From Planctomycetota bacterium (GTDB lineage: Bacteria > Planctomycetota > PLA2 > JAEUHO01), in the NCBI GenBank assembly GCA_050248855.1, contig JBFWRP010000019.1:21611-85610 (forward strand): a stretch of DNA of 64,000 nt. Reading direction: 5' to 3'. This document shows, in pieces, positions 1 through 12,444 of this stretch (position 1 is the stretch's first letter; every line of letters begins with the position of its first letter). The position numbers and the translations under genes are program-made. The notes under the pieces are model-generated. The model worked only from the letters and a program-made list of their open reading frames with translations. It was not told the origin of the DNA and ran no database searches.

Positions 1-1
1 C

Positions 2-1072
2 GTGCTGGCCCGGGCCAGCAAGGTGTTCGTGAGCATCCCCTCGCCGGATGGCACGCCCATCGAGCGCCGGGCCCTGCCCTTGGCCGTCGACATCCCCAAC
101 GACCTGGCGATCCTGCGCATCGAGCGCGAGGCCGGCGACGGGGACCGCAGCTGGCCGCACCTCGACCTCGGGCGCAGCAACGACCTGATGCTCGGCGAGA
201 CCGTGATTGCCATGGGCCACCCGTTCCGCCTCGGCTTCACCGTGACCCAGGGGATCATCAGCGGCACGGGGCGGTCGCTGGACATCAAGGGCCAGCAGTT
301 CCACGACTTCCTGCAGGTCGATGCGGCCATCAACCCCGGCAACTCGGGCGGGCCCCTCTTCGACGTGACGGGCCGCTGGATCGGGGTGAACACGGCCATC
401 TACAACCGCGCGAGCGGTGCCGAAGGCATCGGCTTTGCGATTCCCGCGGACCGCGTGCGCTCGCTCGTGGCCCGTGCCTTCAAGCGGCGCCTGGTGTCGC
501 AGGACTGGATCGGCCTGGACCTGGACGAAGGGCCGCTCGGCGAGGCGCGCGTCGAGCGCGTGTTCCCCCACGGCCCGGCCCGTGACGCCGACATCCGTCC
601 GGGCGACATCATCGTGTCCATCGACGGAGAAGGCGTCCCGACGCTGTTCGATGCCCGCCTGCGGCTGCTGGATCACGCCCGTGGCGCGCCCGTCCAGCTG
701 GTCGTGCAGCGACGGGCGGGCGAGCGAAGCATCGACAAGCGCGTGGACGTGCGGGTGGAGCCGCTTCCGACGGACGGGCTCAGCCGGCAGCGGCTGGGCT
801 TCACGGCCGAGGAGACCGACCTGTTCGATGGCGTGCGCGTGGTCGCCGTGCGGCCGGGGAGCCCGTCGGACAAGATCGGCCTCAAGCGCGGCGACGTCAT
901 CGTGGGCCTTGGCGGCTACCGCATCCGCAGCAGCGAGGACCTGCTCCTGTTCCTGCAGTACGTCAGCAGCGGGGACATCGTGAAGGTCCGCGTGAGCGGC
1001 GCCTCACGACCCCAGGACTGGCGCGCCGGCGGGATGGTCGGCGACCTGCAGGGCGTGCTCCAGGCGGAGTAG
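2..1072 (+). CDS. HtrA/DegP-family serine protease with two PDZ domains (5' end outside window)
   Basis: Motifs DLAILRI and VDAAINPGNSGGPL, followed by two PDZ-like repeats (GPARDADIRPGDII, GSPSDKIGLKRGDVI). The catalytic His region lies upstream of the window. Confidence 0.9.
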   Translation: MLARASKVFVSIPSPDGTPIERRALPLAVDIPNDLAILRIEREAGDGDRSWPHLDLGRSNDLMLGETVIAMGHPFRLGFTVTQGIISGTGRSLDIKGQQFHDFLQVDAAINPGNSGGPLFDVTGRWIGVNTAIYNRASGAEGIGFAIPADRVRSLVARAFKRRLVSQDWIGLDLDEGPLGEARVERVFPHGPARDADIRPGDIIVSIDGEGVPTLFDARLRLLDHARGAPVQLVVQRRAGERSIDKRVDVRVEPLPTDGLSRQRLGFTAEETDLFDGVRVVAVRPGSPSDKIGLKRGDVIVGLGGYRIRSSEDLLLFLQYVSSGDIVKVRVSGASRPQDWRAGGMVGDLQGVLQAE

Positions 1073-1077
1073 CCGAG

Positions 1078-1131
1078 GGCCCTGGGCTGGACCCTCGAAC
1101 CAGCGGTTCGAGGGTCCGAGTCGAAGGGCTA
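1078..1131. repeat. REP-like imperfect hairpin, copy A, between convergent genes
   Basis: Stem GGACCCTCGAACC-agc-GGTTCGAGGGTCC (1089-1117). The flanks GGCCCTGGGC and GTCGAAGGGCTA are shared with 5290-5342. Confidence 0.75.
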
Positions 1132-1812
1132 CCCCATCGTGACGCGCTTGATGCCCAGGATGTCGGCGACCTTCTCGTCGATGCGGCTGATGCCCAGCAC
1201 GTGCTCGATGACGATGGGCTGCTGCTCGCGCGGGGTCGTCAGGATCATGCGCCCCGAGCCGCACAGCACGCGCTCCAGGACGTCCGGGATCTCCTTGAAC
1301 CAGCGCAGGTCCTCGGTGCTGTAGCGCTTCAGGTCAGCGAACACGCCCCGGCGGTGGATGACCTCGTTGTGGCGGAACTCCCAGTAGTCGAAGCGGGTCT
1401 TGACGAACACGAACAGGTAGATGATCGTGAACAGGCCGAACATGGTGAAGTAGAACGTGGAGTCCATGTTGAGCTTGAGGTTGACGACCCAATCCCCGAT
1501 CGGGCCCAGGAAGTCGAAGTAGAGGCCCGCGAACACGACCACGGCGATGGTGGCCAGGAGCAGCAGGGAGATCACCTCCGTGAAGTCGAACGCGATGACC
1601 ATCATGTTGAAGGCGAAGACCGCCATCCAGATGGTGCCCAGGTGGACGGCGCCACCGGGGTTGTTCTTCTCGAGGATCGCGGCGACCAGCGAGACGATCC
1701 ACGTCAGCCAGAAGAAGACGACCTTCGGATAGGCCCGGACGATCACCCTCGGGTGCATGTTCGTCGGTGCGGGTGCTGCGGGCGTGGGGGCGGGAGCGGG
1801 ACTGTCCGACAC
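1129..1812 (-). CDS. Hypothetical membrane protein (about 4 TM helices plus C-terminal soluble, possibly PH-like domain)
   Basis: GTG at 1812 preceded by AGGAGG. Four hydrophobic segments and strong GC3 codon bias. The ORF extension to 2082 overlaps carB and is rejected. Confidence 0.75.
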   Translation of the reverse strand: MSDSPAPAPTPAAPAPTNMHPRVIVRAYPKVVFFWLTWIVSLVAAILEKNNPGGAVHLGTIWMAVFAFNMMVIAFDFTEVISLLLLATIAVVVFAGLYFDFLGPIGDWVVNLKLNMDSTFYFTMFGLFTIIYLFVFVKTRFDYWEFRHNEVIHRRGVFADLKRYSTEDLRWFKEIPDVLERVLCGSGRMILTTPREQQPIVIEHVLGISRIDEKVADILGIKRVTMG

Positions 1813-2023
1813 GGGGTTCCTCCTGCGTGCGCACGGCGGCGAGGGCGCTCGGGCCGAGTCTACGGGCGTCGGGGCGGGGTGACGTTCCCGTTCCCCGGTG
1901 TCGCGGCTGGGGGCGGAGGCCTCCCCGCGATCTTCTTGCAGCACCGGGCGGACGCGCTGGCGCCGGGGGGACCCCTCGCGGGCTCCGCCCGGTATCTTCC
2001 GCCCCCGCACGGAGGTGGACGGC

Positions 2024-5278
<3,255 letters not shown>

Positions 5279-5289
5279 CCGAAGCCGCA

Positions 5290-5342
5290 GGCCCTGGGCA
5301 GGCTCTTCGAACGAAGGTTCGAAGGGCCGTGTCGAAGGGCTA
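5290..5342. repeat. REP-like imperfect hairpin, copy B, between convergent genes
   Basis: Stem GGCTCTTCGAAC-gaag-GTTCGAAGGGCC (5301-5328) with the same flanks as 1078-1131. Confidence 0.75.
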
Positions 5343-5939
5343 GTTCCCCGATCCGCTCGCGAACGGCCGGCGGAAGCCGATCTTGACGTTGGGCGCGGTG
5401 ATGAGGTGGTGCGGCGGGAGCGTGTTCTCCTTGGTGGGCCGCATGCGCCACGTGACGTCGAACACGCGGTAGCGCGTGCCGTTCTCGATGTTGTAGAGAA
5501 GCGTGATGAAGTTGTCGAGCGTCGTGGGCTTGAAGGTGTAGTCGCGCTCGACCTCGTCGTAGCCCTTCGTGGAGTAGCTCGACACGCGCTCGGTACCGGC
5601 GCGATCGACCTCCATCAACGACCGGCTGGCGAAGCCGTCGATCAGCTCGCCGCGGATGCCCGTGGAGTCCGTGCCGGTGCCGACGGCCGAGGCATACCCA
5701 GCGACCAGGCGTTGCGTGGCCAAGCCGAGTGCCGCGAGCTGGCGCGGGCGGCCCTGGCTGTCGGTGACGTTCTCGTCGGCCGTGAGCAGCTTGTCGGCGA
5801 AGGCGTTCTCGGCCTTGTACTCCTCGAGCTGGCCGCGGATGCGGAACCAGACGAAGCCGATCACGGCGATCAGGACCGCGAACACGATGCAGTAGTACTT
5901 GAGGGGGTCGCCCGGGGCGGTGTCAGCCTTGGCAGCCAT
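5340..5939 (-). CDS. Single-pass membrane protein, possibly PilO/GspM-like
   Basis: N-terminal TM helix and a C-terminal 'LDNFITLLYNIE' ferredoxin-like pattern. Lies 2 nt downstream of the pilM-like gene. Confidence 0.55.
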   Translation of the reverse strand: MAAKADTAPGDPLKYYCIVFAVLIAVIGFVWFRIRGQLEEYKAENAFADKLLTADENVTDSQGRPRQLAALGLATQRLVAGYASAVGTGTDSTGIRGELIDGFASRSLMEVDRAGTERVSSYSTKGYDEVERDYTFKPTTLDNFITLLYNIENGTRYRVFDVTWRMRPTKENTLPPHHLITAPNVKIGFRRPFASGSGN

Positions 5940-5941
5940 CG

Positions 5942-7723
5942 CTAGTCGTCCTCCCGGAAGTCGATCGTGTAGTCCTGCTTCATGTAGTCGCCTTCGCGGA
6001 TCAGCGACCCGGCCTCGACGGGGGAGCGCGGATTGCGCGCTCGCTCCAACAGCAGGGGTGCGGTGGAGAGCAGCTCGCGGACGCGGTCGATCGTGGCGTT
6101 GGACTCGGCAAGGACCGTGAGCTGCAGCTGACGCGGGCGAATCGTCATGCGCTCGATGCGCAGGTAGCCGAGCTCCTCCCGCGGTACGGACTCGAACGCC
6201 TTGTAGACGGCGGTCATCACCTCCAAGGCGCTGGGCAGCGGCGGGATGCGCTCGGACAGGCCCATCTGGTCCTTGAGGTAGTCCAGACGTCGATTGAGCT
6301 GGGACTGGATACGCCGGATGGCGCGCGGGTCGCCCTCGCCACGTGCCAGCCAGCGCGCGACGTTCTGCGTGGCGGCGCTATCGATCTGGCCGTCCACCTG
6401 CTGGAGGTACATCGTTTCCGCGCCCCGGAAGATGTGCTTGGCGACGGCGTGACGATCCCCGAACTTCACCCGCTCCGCGGTGAGCTCCTGCTTCGCCGAC
6501 CACGTCATCACGGCCACGGCGAGGAAGCCCAGCGTGAGCAGCGTGGCCAAGGCGGTGCGGATCACGTCGAACGTGTTGCGCGGCGCGAACTCGTCTTGGA
6601 GCAGCTCGATGCCCAGCGGGTTGCGGCCGAGCATGCGCAGCGCACACCCGATGGCCGGCGCCAGGGCGGCGCCTGCGTAGGCCGGGTCGGGGCCGCGGTC
6701 CTTGGCGTTGACGTGCTCCAGGATGTCGAGGCGTTCCACCGGGAGGCCGAAGCGTTCGGCCAGGGACTCGGCCACACCTTCGATCAGCGAGCCGCCTCCC
6801 GTGAGCAGCAGCCGCTCCGGCGGCGCCTCGGTGCGCACGGCCGCCAGCGAGCGGATCACCTCGCGGTGCAGCTTCTGGACGAAGGCCTCGCGCTCGTCGG
6901 CCACCAGGTCCGTCTGGTGCTGGACGAGGCTCTTGGCCGTCTCCGGAGTGCCGGTGCCGGCGGGCATGTCGCCCGCGGGCACGAACAGGTCGTCCGGGCG
7001 GGGAGCACGGCGGGCGCCCTTGAGCTGCTTGGCGATGGTCTTCTCGAGCGCTCCCGTTCCCAGCGGGAAGGCGCGGAAGACGCGCGGCCGGCCCTCGACC
7101 ACCAGCACGAGGTTGGTCGACGTCGCCCCGACGTGCAGGACGACGCACGTGGGATGCGTGGCGAAGAGGCCAGCGGCGTCGAGTGCGGTGTAGACGGCGG
7201 TGGCATCGAGGTCGACGACGGCCGGGTCGATGCCGGCCCGTCGCAGCACGCCGATCGTCTCGGCCAGCCGGTCCTTGGGCGAGGCGAAGATCGTGAGGCG
7301 GCTGCCGTCCTTGGTCTCGCCGGTCTTTACCCAGTTGACGACGACGTCGTCGATGGCCTGGCTGTGGAGATGGTTCTCGGCTTCGAAGCGTACGACCTTG
7401 CGGATCTGGTCGTCCTCGAAGAAGGGCACGGTGATCTCGCGGACCATGCTGTTGCGCGCGTGGAAGGCGGCGCAGACGTCTTCCTTGGGGAGCGCGAGCT
7501 CCTTGAAGATGTCCCGAATGACGGAGGCGATCTTCTCGTCGCGGCTCGGCTTGGGCGGGGCTTCGTCGCCCTCGTCCTCGCCCAGGGTGACGCCCTCGGG
7601 CTCTTCGTCCTCGGGGACGGGCCGGATGGCGACGCGCTGGACCTTGAAGGAGCGGGCGCTACCGCCCAGCTCGACCACCTTGATCGTGTGGTCCCCGATG
7701 TCGACCCCGATAGCCCGTGCCAT
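5942..7723 (-). CDS. PilM-like actin-fold assembly protein fused to TM plus periplasmic (PilN/GspL-like) domain
   Basis: IGVDIGDHTIKVVEL, LHVGATSTNL, LLLTGGGSLI and AIGCALR motifs, then a TM helix and about 180 aa periplasmic tail. Confidence 0.8.
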   Translation of the reverse strand: MARAIGVDIGDHTIKVVELGGSARSFKVQRVAIRPVPEDEEPEGVTLGEDEGDEAPPKPSRDEKIASVIRDIFKELALPKEDVCAAFHARNSMVREITVPFFEDDQIRKVVRFEAENHLHSQAIDDVVVNWVKTGETKDGSRLTIFASPKDRLAETIGVLRRAGIDPAVVDLDATAVYTALDAAGLFATHPTCVVLHVGATSTNLVLVVEGRPRVFRAFPLGTGALEKTIAKQLKGARRAPRPDDLFVPAGDMPAGTGTPETAKSLVQHQTDLVADEREAFVQKLHREVIRSLAAVRTEAPPERLLLTGGGSLIEGVAESLAERFGLPVERLDILEHVNAKDRGPDPAYAGAALAPAIGCALRMLGRNPLGIELLQDEFAPRNTFDVIRTALATLLTLGFLAVAVMTWSAKQELTAERVKFGDRHAVAKHIFRGAETMYLQQVDGQIDSAATQNVARWLARGEGDPRAIRRIQSQLNRRLDYLKDQMGLSERIPPLPSALEVMTAVYKAFESVPREELGYLRIERMTIRPRQLQLTVLAESNATIDRVRELLSTAPLLLERARNPRSPVEAGSLIREGDYMKQDYTIDFREDD

Positions 7724-7797
7724 GAATGCCTACCTGCCTGTTCTCTCGGGGGACCCCTGCCGACCACCGGGGGCGGAGTATAGGCCGCTCCCGGGGA

Positions 7798-8178
7798 TCA
7801 CGGCCCCTGGCGGACGGACCCGGCCGTCGAATCAGGGGCCGTGCCGTGTGCCTCCACGATGCGCTTGAGGCGCTCCGCCGTGGCCTCGGAGACCGCATCC
7901 AGCTCGTCCTGGTGGCGCCCGAGGATCTCGTTGCGCTTGGCGCGCAGCGCGGCGCGCATCTGCTCCAGCTCGACGCGCACGAGGCTGGCGCCCTCGGTGT
8001 CCAAGCCGAAGTGGCGCACGTAGTCCGCGACCTGGCCGTCCATGGACGGGTCGGTCTTGACCGCCGGGGGGGCGCTGCGGCTGCCTGCGAGCAGGCTGCC
8101 CGCGAACAGGCCCAGGCAGCCGCCGCCCAGCACGAGCAGCAAGGCCAGCACGCGGAAGCTCGGGGCACGCAGGGTCAC
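7798..8178 (-). CDS. Small exported helical protein (Spy/CpxP/ZraP-like accessory of ECF operon)
   Basis: N-terminal hydrophobic segment and 'HFGLDTE' followed by coiled-coil helices. 4-nt overlap with the anti-sigma gene. Confidence 0.55.
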   Translation of the reverse strand: MTLRAPSFRVLALLLVLGGGCLGLFAGSLLAGSRSAPPAVKTDPSMDGQVADYVRHFGLDTEGASLVRVELEQMRAALRAKRNEILGRHQDELDAVSEATAERLKRIVEAHGTAPDSTAGSVRQGP

Positions 8179-8702
8179 TTCTCGGCCCCCGGTGCATCGG
8201 CATCGCTACCGGGCTTGCGCATGATCCCGCGCTGCACGGCGTTGCGCACGCCATCGAGCAGCGGGGCGTCCGGATCGGCGATCTCGGGCGCCGGGGCCGC
8301 CGACGGCACGGCCTCGGCGCGCTGCTGGCGAACCACCCACGTTCCCGCCAGCCCCACGCCGATCAGCAGCATGGCGGCCGCGGCGTAGGCCATCGCGGCA
8401 CGTGGCGAGAGCACCTCGCCGCGCAAGCCTGCGCGCGAGGAGAAGCGAGCGACGCCGTTCTCGTCATCGATGCGCTCGAAGACGTGCTGCGCCAGCGCAT
8501 CGACGTCGACGGGAGTCGAGCGCGCCTCTTCGACCCACAGGTCCAAGGCGGCACGATCGCGGGCGAGACGCCCGGCGCGGGCAGGATCGGCAGCCAGCTG
8601 GCGGTCCAGGCGACGGCGCTCCTCGGCGGGCAGCGAGCCGTCGAGCAGACGGGCTTCGTCCGGCGTCAGCGCCGGGTCGTCAGGGTGATGTCCACGGGTC
8701 AC
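8175..8702 (-). CDS. Putative anti-sigma factor
   Basis: LLDGSLPAEERRRLDRQLAADP anti-sigma-like N-terminus and one TM (YAAAAMLLIGVGL). Coupled to the ECF sigma gene. Confidence 0.7.
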   Translation of the reverse strand: MTRGHHPDDPALTPDEARLLDGSLPAEERRRLDRQLAADPARAGRLARDRAALDLWVEEARSTPVDVDALAQHVFERIDDENGVARFSSRAGLRGEVLSPRAAMAYAAAAMLLIGVGLAGTWVVRQQRAEAVPSAAPAPEIADPDAPLLDGVRNAVQRGIMRKPGSDADAPGAEK

Positions 8703-9529
8703 GAGGAAGTTCTCCCGGGCGCAGGCTTCACCCCAGGGGCAGGCTTCGCCCCAGGGGCAGAGGTCAGTGTGGCCCCGCCCTCATCGAGCAGCTCGCGCAG
8801 TCGCTGACGTGCGCGGAAGAGTCGGCTCTCCACGGTGCCCAGGCTGAGTGCCAGGGCCTCCGCGATGTCGTTGTAGGACATGCCCTCGATCTCGCGCAAG
8901 GCGAGCACCTCGCGGAAGGGAGCGGGCAGGCGGGCGATGGCCGCGCGCACGCGCAGCCTCAGCTCGCGGCGCTCGATGCCTTCCATCTGCGGCATGCGTT
9001 CGTCGGGCAGGCTGGCCCGCCCGGGGAGCTCGTCGAAGGATCCCGCCGGTCGGCGACGACGCGACTTGATGTAGTCCTTCGCGCCGTTGACCGCCACGCG
9101 GTAGAGCCAGGTGTAGAGGCTCGAGCCCCCCTGGAACGCATGGATGCGGTACCAGGCCTTCGCGAACGTCTCCTGCACCACGTCGTCGACCGCATCGCGG
9201 TCGCGCAGCACGCCCGACACGACGGCCGTGAGCCGCTCGCCGAAGGCTGCGACGACCTCGCGGAGCGCCTCGCGGTCACGGTCCTGCAGGCGCGCCACCC
9301 ATGCGTCCTGGGTGGCCCGGTCGGGACGCTGCGTGGTGGTGCGGCCGGCCACGCGGCTTGGACCCACGGCGTCGCGCGCGACGTCGTGGCCGGAGGCTTC
9401 GCGGAGGCTGCGGGCGGCACTGCTTCGCACGGGGGGAGGGGCTTCCTGACCGGGGTGGTCCTTGGACGCGCGGGCCCGCGCCTGCTTCCCGTCCGGAGTC
9501 TGCGGATCCGGAGCCTGGCGGGAGGTCAT
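8699..9529 (-). CDS. ECF (RpoE-like) RNA polymerase sigma factor
   Basis: DDVVQETFAKAW, LYTWLYRVAVN and LREIEGMSYNDIAEAL...GTVESRLFRAR motifs. ATG 9529 overlaps the upstream stop (ATGA); the true start could be further downstream. Confidence 0.92.
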   Translation of the reverse strand: MTSRQAPDPQTPDGKQARARASKDHPGQEAPPPVRSSAARSLREASGHDVARDAVGPSRVAGRTTTQRPDRATQDAWVARLQDRDREALREVVAAFGERLTAVVSGVLRDRDAVDDVVQETFAKAWYRIHAFQGGSSLYTWLYRVAVNGAKDYIKSRRRRPAGSFDELPGRASLPDERMPQMEGIERRELRLRVRAAIARLPAPFREVLALREIEGMSYNDIAEALALSLGTVESRLFRARQRLRELLDEGGATLTSAPGAKPAPGVKPAPGRTSS

Positions 9530-11355
9530 GGCGCGGGGAACGCCTTCAGCAGCCAGGCCGGGATCTCCTCCAGGACCTTCATGGCCTGGTCGGGGCGGGC
9601 CGGCGCGTAGTGGCCGCCCTCCAGCCACACGAGGCGGGTGGAGGGGCCCCAGGCCTCCGCAAGGGCCCTGGCGCGGTCGGGGGAGACCACGTCGTCGGCG
9701 TCAGCAGCGATCAGGAGCACGGCGATGCCGCGGTCGGGCGCGGCGACGGTCAGGGGCTCGAGCGGTGCGACCAGGGCGGCGGCCTCCAGCGGCTCCACGG
9801 CGCGCTCGGCCAGCTCCCGCTGGATCCGGCCGGTCACGGAGTTGGGCCGGGTGAAGGCCTCGTGGACCCGTCCGCCGGCGAGCACCAGGGCCGCGGCGAC
9901 GAAGCGGTCCGGGTACAGCCCGATGGCCGTGGCGGCGGCGTGGGCGCCCAGGCTGACACCGCCGATCGCTTGCTTGGCGGGCGGCAGGCCGAAGTGCATC
10001 TCCAGGATGCGTGAGGCTGCGGCGATGTCCGCCAGGCCCTGGAGGGCCGCCTGACGCGTGCGCGCCAGGTCCGCCGAGAGCGTCCACACGCCCGCGCGGA
10101 CGCCTGGCGGCTCGCGCCCGTTCTGGTACGGCAGGGGCAGGATGGCCGTGGCCAGGCCCTGGCGGGCATTGGCCAGGGCCAAGCCGCGGTGGCCGACCAG
10201 GCTCCGCTCCTTCCACGACGGAAGCTGGATCAGGACGCCCCGGGGCTCGGCGTCTTCCGGCAGCCACACCTCCAGGGGCACACGGTCGTTGAAGGCGAAG
10301 CCCGAGGGGCGAGGGCTGTCGAACGTGACGATGCGCCGGCGCGAGCCGGGGAAGTCCATGGCCGGCGCGTCCAGGTCGGCCTTGGGCTCGCCGACGAGCC
10401 GCGGGGGGAAGGCGTACGGGCCCAGGCGCGCGGCCGGCACGGTGTCCAGTCCCGCCCCGATCGCAGCCGGCGTGCCCCCCACGGAGCGCCCCAGCGTGCG
10501 CGTGGTCGGGCGCAACGTGACGACCAGCTCCTCGTCTCCGCCTCCGGGCACGATCCCGGCGACGTCGCCCAGGCGCATCCAATGCGGTGCGTCGAGCAGC
10601 CGCTGCCGGATCGCCTCGGCCTGCTGCCGCTCGGCGGCACCCAGCACCGGGAAGTCCGCATCGCAAGCGCCCAGGAAGCACTCGGGCTCGGGATCGGTCT
10701 CCAGCGCGGCCAGCCACCCGCCGTCGACGCCGCGTACACGCGTCTTGGTGGGCGTCCGCTCGACGACCCGGCCGTCCAGACGCTCGCCATCGGCGACCAG
10801 GAAGCGCCCTGCACCGAGCAGCGGCGCGGTACGGAGCCGCTCGACCGCTTCGTCCAGCGATCCCGACTGCAAGAGGACATCCCGCACGATGACCGTCAAC
10901 GGCAGCCCGTTGGGGGTGGGAGGCTCCGCGCTCGCCATGGGCGAGACCGTCAGCGAGATGCCGGCGCTGTTGACGCCGGCCCACGCGCCCACGGCCCCCG
11001 CGAGACCCACCAGCTCCGCCGGGCGCGCGTCGGGTCGATCCTCGATCCACGTCCGCGAGGAGGCGGCCACACCGGGGGGAAGCTGGTAGCGGGCCACGTG
11101 CAACGGCTCGCCCGTCGCCGAACGCGGGCCCGTGGCCAGGACCGTCGCGGCCGCCACCGCCTGCGTCTCGGGCAGGAGCGTCCGTGCCCAGATCTGCTCC
11201 TCGGACAGGTCGTCGCGTCGGGCCTGGGCGCGGATCTCCTCGTGCACCGTCGGGGCCGCGGCAGCGCGAAGCGTCTGCAGGCGATCGGCGTCGCGAGCCG
11301 CCGCGGCAGGCGCGAGGCAGCCGATCGCCAGCAGGAGGGCCGCGGCGCGCTTCAC
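9526..11355 (-). CDS. Exported fusion: C45/acyltransferase (Ntn)-like domain plus alpha/beta hydrolase
   Basis: Signal peptide (GTG 11355, GTGA overlap). GVNSAGISL and LDEAVERL are C45-like. GVSLG, DDVV and GGHY form a hydrolase triad. Confidence 0.65.
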   Translation of the reverse strand: MKRAAALLLAIGCLAPAAAARDADRLQTLRAAAAPTVHEEIRAQARRDDLSEEQIWARTLLPETQAVAAATVLATGPRSATGEPLHVARYQLPPGVAASSRTWIEDRPDARPAELVGLAGAVGAWAGVNSAGISLTVSPMASAEPPTPNGLPLTVIVRDVLLQSGSLDEAVERLRTAPLLGAGRFLVADGERLDGRVVERTPTKTRVRGVDGGWLAALETDPEPECFLGACDADFPVLGAAERQQAEAIRQRLLDAPHWMRLGDVAGIVPGGGDEELVVTLRPTTRTLGRSVGGTPAAIGAGLDTVPAARLGPYAFPPRLVGEPKADLDAPAMDFPGSRRRIVTFDSPRPSGFAFNDRVPLEVWLPEDAEPRGVLIQLPSWKERSLVGHRGLALANARQGLATAILPLPYQNGREPPGVRAGVWTLSADLARTRQAALQGLADIAAASRILEMHFGLPPAKQAIGGVSLGAHAAATAIGLYPDRFVAAALVLAGGRVHEAFTRPNSVTGRIQRELAERAVEPLEAAALVAPLEPLTVAAPDRGIAVLLIAADADDVVSPDRARALAEAWGPSTRLVWLEGGHYAPARPDQAMKVLEEIPAWLLKAFPAP

Positions 11356-11783
11356 GCAGGCTCCGCGCTCCGCAGGGCGTCGACGCTCTCGCGGCAGACC
11401 CCCAGCGGCAGCCAGGGGCAGGTCGTGCAGATGGCGGGCAGGTCTTCGCCGCGAATCCGCCCGCCGATGCGTTCGAGCACGTCTTTCCACGTCACCTCCG
11501 CGCCCTCGTCGAGGCCCAGCCGGCGCAGCACCTCGCGGTCGTGGCTGCGCATGTGCGCCTCGTGGTCCGGCCCGCCCAGGGTGCAGCCACCCACGAGGTT
11601 CGGGCAGGCCGCGCAGAGGCCATCCGGCTCGGCGACCAGGCGGACCCGCCGCGAAGGCTCGCCCTGGAGGCCCTGTTGCACGTCCGCCATGGCCTGGACG
11701 AAGCCGGGACTGTACCCCTTGCCGCGGAACCCGAGCAGGCAGAGCACCATGTGCGCGCGCAGGGGGAGGGGATCGGAGTCCAT
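11352..11783 (-). CDS. DUF1284-family Cys-rich protein
   Basis: LRAHMVLCLLGFRGKGYSPGF, PDGLCAACP and ICTTCPW..LGVC motifs. Confidence 0.85.
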   Translation of the reverse strand: MDSDPLPLRAHMVLCLLGFRGKGYSPGFVQAMADVQQGLQGEPSRRVRLVAEPDGLCAACPNLVGGCTLGGPDHEAHMRSHDREVLRRLGLDEGAEVTWKDVLERIGGRIRGEDLPAICTTCPWLPLGVCRESVDALRSAEPA

Positions 11784-11952
11784 GGGCCCGGAGAATAGGG
11801 CCGGCCGCGGCGGCGGCGTGTGCGCAGAGTCCACGCAAGTGTCCCCGGCAGGGGACAGGTGGCCTGCCCGAGCCCTGGCCGGACGCGCGAAAAACGACGC
11901 AAGTTGTTATCCATGAAACACTTGCGTCGAACGCGCCGGGTGCGCTACCCTC

Positions 11953-11968
11953 TGGCACGGCACTTGTT
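11953..11968 (+). promoter_or_regulatory. Candidate sigma-54 (-24/-12) promoter
   Basis: TGGCAC-GGCAC-TTGT against consensus TGGCAC-N5-TTGC (one mismatch, at the normally conserved -12 C). About 55 nt upstream of ATG 12023. Confidence 0.5.
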
Positions 11969-12022
11969 CCATGTTGGACCTCGCATCGGGCGCCCGGCGC
12001 CCCTGCGGGAAGGAGACCCGCC

Positions 12023-12433
12023 ATGAACCTTCGCAACCTCATCGTTCCCGTCGTCTTGGTCGCCGGTTTGGCCTTCGTGGCCTCGGACGCCTTGGCGGCC
12101 CCGGTGGGCTCGACTCCGACGAGCGCCATGTTCGGCGGCCGCGTCACGATCGGCGGCGGCATCGGCATCAACGTCCCGATCGGCGGGCGTCGCGTGGCCT
12201 ACCCCTCCCACACCGTGCAGAGCGGGTACTGGACGACCGTGACCGAGCAGGTCTACATCCCCGGCCAGCTGATCGGCTACGACCGCTACGGCCACCCGAT
12301 CATGACCGCCGGCCACTACCAGACGGTCCAGCGCCAGGTCTGGGTGCCGACGACCCATGTGGTCCACCACCACCGCACGCGCCCCGTGGGCACGATCCAC
12401 GTCGGCCTGGGTGGTCGCTGGCGGATTCGCTAG
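12023..12433 (+). CDS. Small secreted Gly/Tyr/His-rich protein (YXWGXW-repeat-like)
   Basis: RBS AAGGAG and signal peptide ending ALA. Repeats SGYW..V..QVYIPG and AGHY..V..QVWVP, plus HHH. Confidence 0.75.
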   Translation: MNLRNLIVPVVLVAGLAFVASDALAAPVGSTPTSAMFGGRVTIGGGIGINVPIGGRRVAYPSHTVQSGYWTTVTEQVYIPGQLIGYDRYGHPIMTAGHYQTVQRQVWVPTTHVVHHHRTRPVGTIHVGLGGRWRIR

Positions 12434-12444
12434 CGACGTCCCAC

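Noticed and set aside
8721..8760. 18-bp tandem repeat at the 3' end of the ECF sigma gene (APGAKP/APGVKP)
   Set aside because: Only about 2.2 in-frame copies in a low-complexity tail, with no sign of phase variation.
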